This document shows positions 61,456-64,000 of a DNA stretch of 64,000 bases, piece after piece. The stretch lies in assembly GCF_041146345.1 (NCBI RefSeq), contig NW_027191413.1, positions 1,798,001-1,862,000 of the forward strand, written 5' to 3'. Source of the stretch: Neodothiora populina (taxonomy: Eukaryota). Both the position numbers and the translations under genes were made by a program. The notes under the pieces are model-generated. The model did no database searches and was not told where the DNA came from. It saw nothing but the letters and a program-made list of their open reading frames with translations. Within the stretch, counting starts at the first letter, position 1. Each line of letters starts with the position of its first letter.

Positions 61456-62041
61456 ATGCCAGATTGGAAATCTCCCACCACTCTAGAGCGTCTCATTGCA
61501 GCACTCATTGCTGCGAACAACGGAAAAGTTGGTGAATTCACTACTGTTTCACAAGCTCAGTCTAATTGTGTTCTCACAGGTCGACAACCAAGCGGTCGCC
61601 AGGTACATGGACGAGACCTACGACGCCGTCGAGAACCGTACTCGCGTCTACAAGAAGGAGGGACAGAAACTCGTCAAAGAGGCCGAGGACGCTGGACGCA
61701 TGGAAATGGACATGCGTAAGCGTGGTAGCTCAAGTCCTCGCAAGCCTCGCAGCACGCCAAAGAAGAAAGGCGGCGATTTGAATGGTAATGACTTGTTTTC
61801 CGCCTTGCAGCACGACGCATTGACTGAATTCGTCTTAGGTGTTGCTACAGGCCGTGTGGCAAAGACTCCAACCAAAAGAAAATCCACCGTCAAGCACGAG
61901 ACTCTTAGCTCGGATTCATCATCTGTCATAGACGAGTCTCAAGCCACCACGGCCAGTGCGTTTGGATTTGACGACATGAACTTTGCCAGCTTCGATAATG
62001 GTGGAAGTTTCGCAGCGGACTGGAACGATGGTCTGGCTTGA
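61456..62041 (+). CDS. Small basic protein with an N-terminal Myb/HTH-like domain (3 exons)
   Basis: MPDWKSPTTLERLIAALIAANNGK|VDNQAVARYMDETYDAVENRTRVYKKE..., then SPRKPRSTPKKK and TGRVAKTPTKRK. Introns have branch sites and YAG acceptors. Confidence 0.78.
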
Positions 62042-63549
62042 TAGAGGCAAAGTGAGGAGATCTAATGATCTTGGAGCGACCTTGCTCGTAAGAAACACAC
62101 CAGGATGAGAAGTCCCGAGACAGAATTTACGACGGAAGGCATGTATATTATCTAAAGCAAGCACCATTGGACAGAAGGATATGGGGTTATAAGTCCTGGT
62201 GAAAGCAAGCCTCCAACGACACGAGGAAGAAAATCAACATCTCTCTCACGTCAGACCATGTCCTCCCACCGTGTTCAACACTTTAAGTAGCGTCAATCAA
62301 GACACATGCACGCCCATATTCGTGGATATTCGTAGCAAGCAAGTAAACGCCAATATGTGAATTCCCTGGTAAGGTAGCCTGGTCTTGTAGACGATCATGC
62401 AGCCACATCCGAATCAAGGTCTATGAGTCGAACAGAAAAGAGCCGGGGAGGCGTGGACGTCCATGATACCTTAACGATAACGCCCTAATTACCACACATA
62501 TATTATACACGCAGACAGGCAAACCAATATATGCACGATGCCAATGCAATATGTGCATTGCATGGATAAAGCAGGGTATATATCGACCAAAAATGCGATT
62601 TACTGGTCTGCTCGGTGCGTGCACAATCTACAGGGCAGAAGGAAAAGTGGGAAGGGGAGTTAATATATGTCAGACGACTGATAGATAGTACGGCTGCTAT
62701 CCCGAAATGCTGTACATATAGTAGATATATACATACATACACACAGAACATCGAAGTCCTTGTTTATATATCATTCCATCTAGCGGTCGACAAACTAGTG
62801 CGTAGCAGCATAAGTGACAGAGAAGGAAATGTCTAGCTTGAGAGGACGAGGAGCAATGAAGAGCTGAGCTGCATGTTCAGAGAGGCGGACAGCGTCAATG
62901 AGGAGCTAGCTGTATGCGTGCAGACATATATACATGTACATTAAAGCTCTAGGCAGCCAACTAGCCAGCCCGAAATTTGCTCGTTTCTTCTTCTACAGTG
63001 GGAGAAAGCGATGATGGATTGATGAGTGTTTTCGAGCAGAAAGACTTATATGCAGTAGGTGATCTGTAGTCTGGTGTGAGGTAAATAATCAATTAATTGA
63101 AATGACGTGTAGAGAAGAATCGAGGATGATTTTTTTTTGGTTCTTCGTCTGTTTGCTTGTGTGCTCTTCGCTTTACCTTACACTGCCTACTCTACTCGCA
63201 TTGCCTGGGCGACGGGTGTGCAGTGGGGTTTTCTGTGTGCTGCTTAGGTGTCGAGGGGTCCTGTTCTCGCCTGCTGTTGTTGTGAGGATAGGATGGCATG
63301 TGTGCGTGGATCTGGGTGCATGTGCGTGTGTTTCTTCACTTGCACTCACGCTGTCTCTCTCTTCACTCTTCCTTACTTTGATACACTCTTGCTTTGCTTG
63401 TTCTCCCTTTCTCTGTCTCTCGCGCGTCCTCTGCATATTTACTGATAACGGAGTCTTATAACAAAACCTCTACTTCGACTCGACAATATCAAAGACGCGT
63501 GAGTTCACATAACCAAGAAACTTCTCTTCCTGCCTACAACAAAGCAAAG

Positions 63550-64000
63550 ATGCCCGTAAAGTGGGATTCAGACAAGGACAAGTTCATCCTGAACTGTCTC
63601 CTGACCGACCCTACCATCACCGTCGGCAATGGCGTTATTGACTCGATCATCACTTCATGGCGTGAGTATAATGTCCCCTGACCATGACCATACCATGAAC
63701 TTGGCGTTCCTGCGAGCGTGGAATGCCTGTCGAGTTCAACCAAAGGCAAACCAAGTGAATCAATGGACTGACCCAGAATTTCTCCCACAGCATCCGACTT
63801 CGGCGACGTGCCAACCAAAAAAGCCGTCTCGGAGCACTTCTTGAAGATCCGCAAGCAGAACAAGAAATTCACCGACGGAAACGGAACCATTACCCCTTCC
63901 GGAACACCGACCAAAGTGACCAAGGTCCGCAACACGCCATCGAAGAAGGCCGCCAACGCCACTCCTTCGAAGAAAGCAAATGGAGTCAAGACCCCGACCT
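63550..64000 (+). CDS. Small basic protein with an N-terminal Myb/HTH-like domain, truncated by the window edge
   Basis: MPVKWDSDKDKFILNCLL...IITSW|PSDFGDVPTKKAVSEHFLKIRKQ..., then repeated TP(S/T)K motifs. Intron 63662-63790 is GTGAGT..CTGAC..CAG. Confidence 0.75.

Noticed and set aside
63102..63461. 119-aa hydrophobic ORF upstream of the last gene
   Set aside because: Arises from CT/GT-rich promoter or 5' UTR sequence, with no coding signature.

Overview
Eukaryotic, intron-containing, gene-dense DNA from a filamentous ascomycete (probably a Dothideomycete; this is an inference from protein and intron style). I can reconstruct about 31 protein-coding genes by hand-splicing GT..AG introns. 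Most are housekeeping: a CYP7/8-like P450, HAM1, FAP7, Rheb, RPS1, an RNase III, VPS45, striatin, PHO88, a DUF1996-WSC protein, MSW1, RVS161, AOS1, SARAF, PBN1, AP-2 mu, V-ATPase subunit f, ELP3, LSC1, an MBOAT, RBG2, a VOC protein, FYV10, BMT5, BRE1 and RIT1. I found no tRNA, rRNA, intact transposon or secondary-metabolite backbone gene. Three observations stand out. (1) A spliced gene of about 650 aa (35964-38092, minus) whose predicted N-terminus, ARYKQTER, copies the histone H3 tail and is fused to an acidic tract and a BTB-like domain, a candidate histone mimic. (2) A TAC-W-GTA heptamer found at least 18 times, only in non-coding DNA. (3) Two tandem small Myb/HTH-like genes with basic S/T-P tails at the right edge. 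All family calls are from motif recognition by eye, with no database searches.
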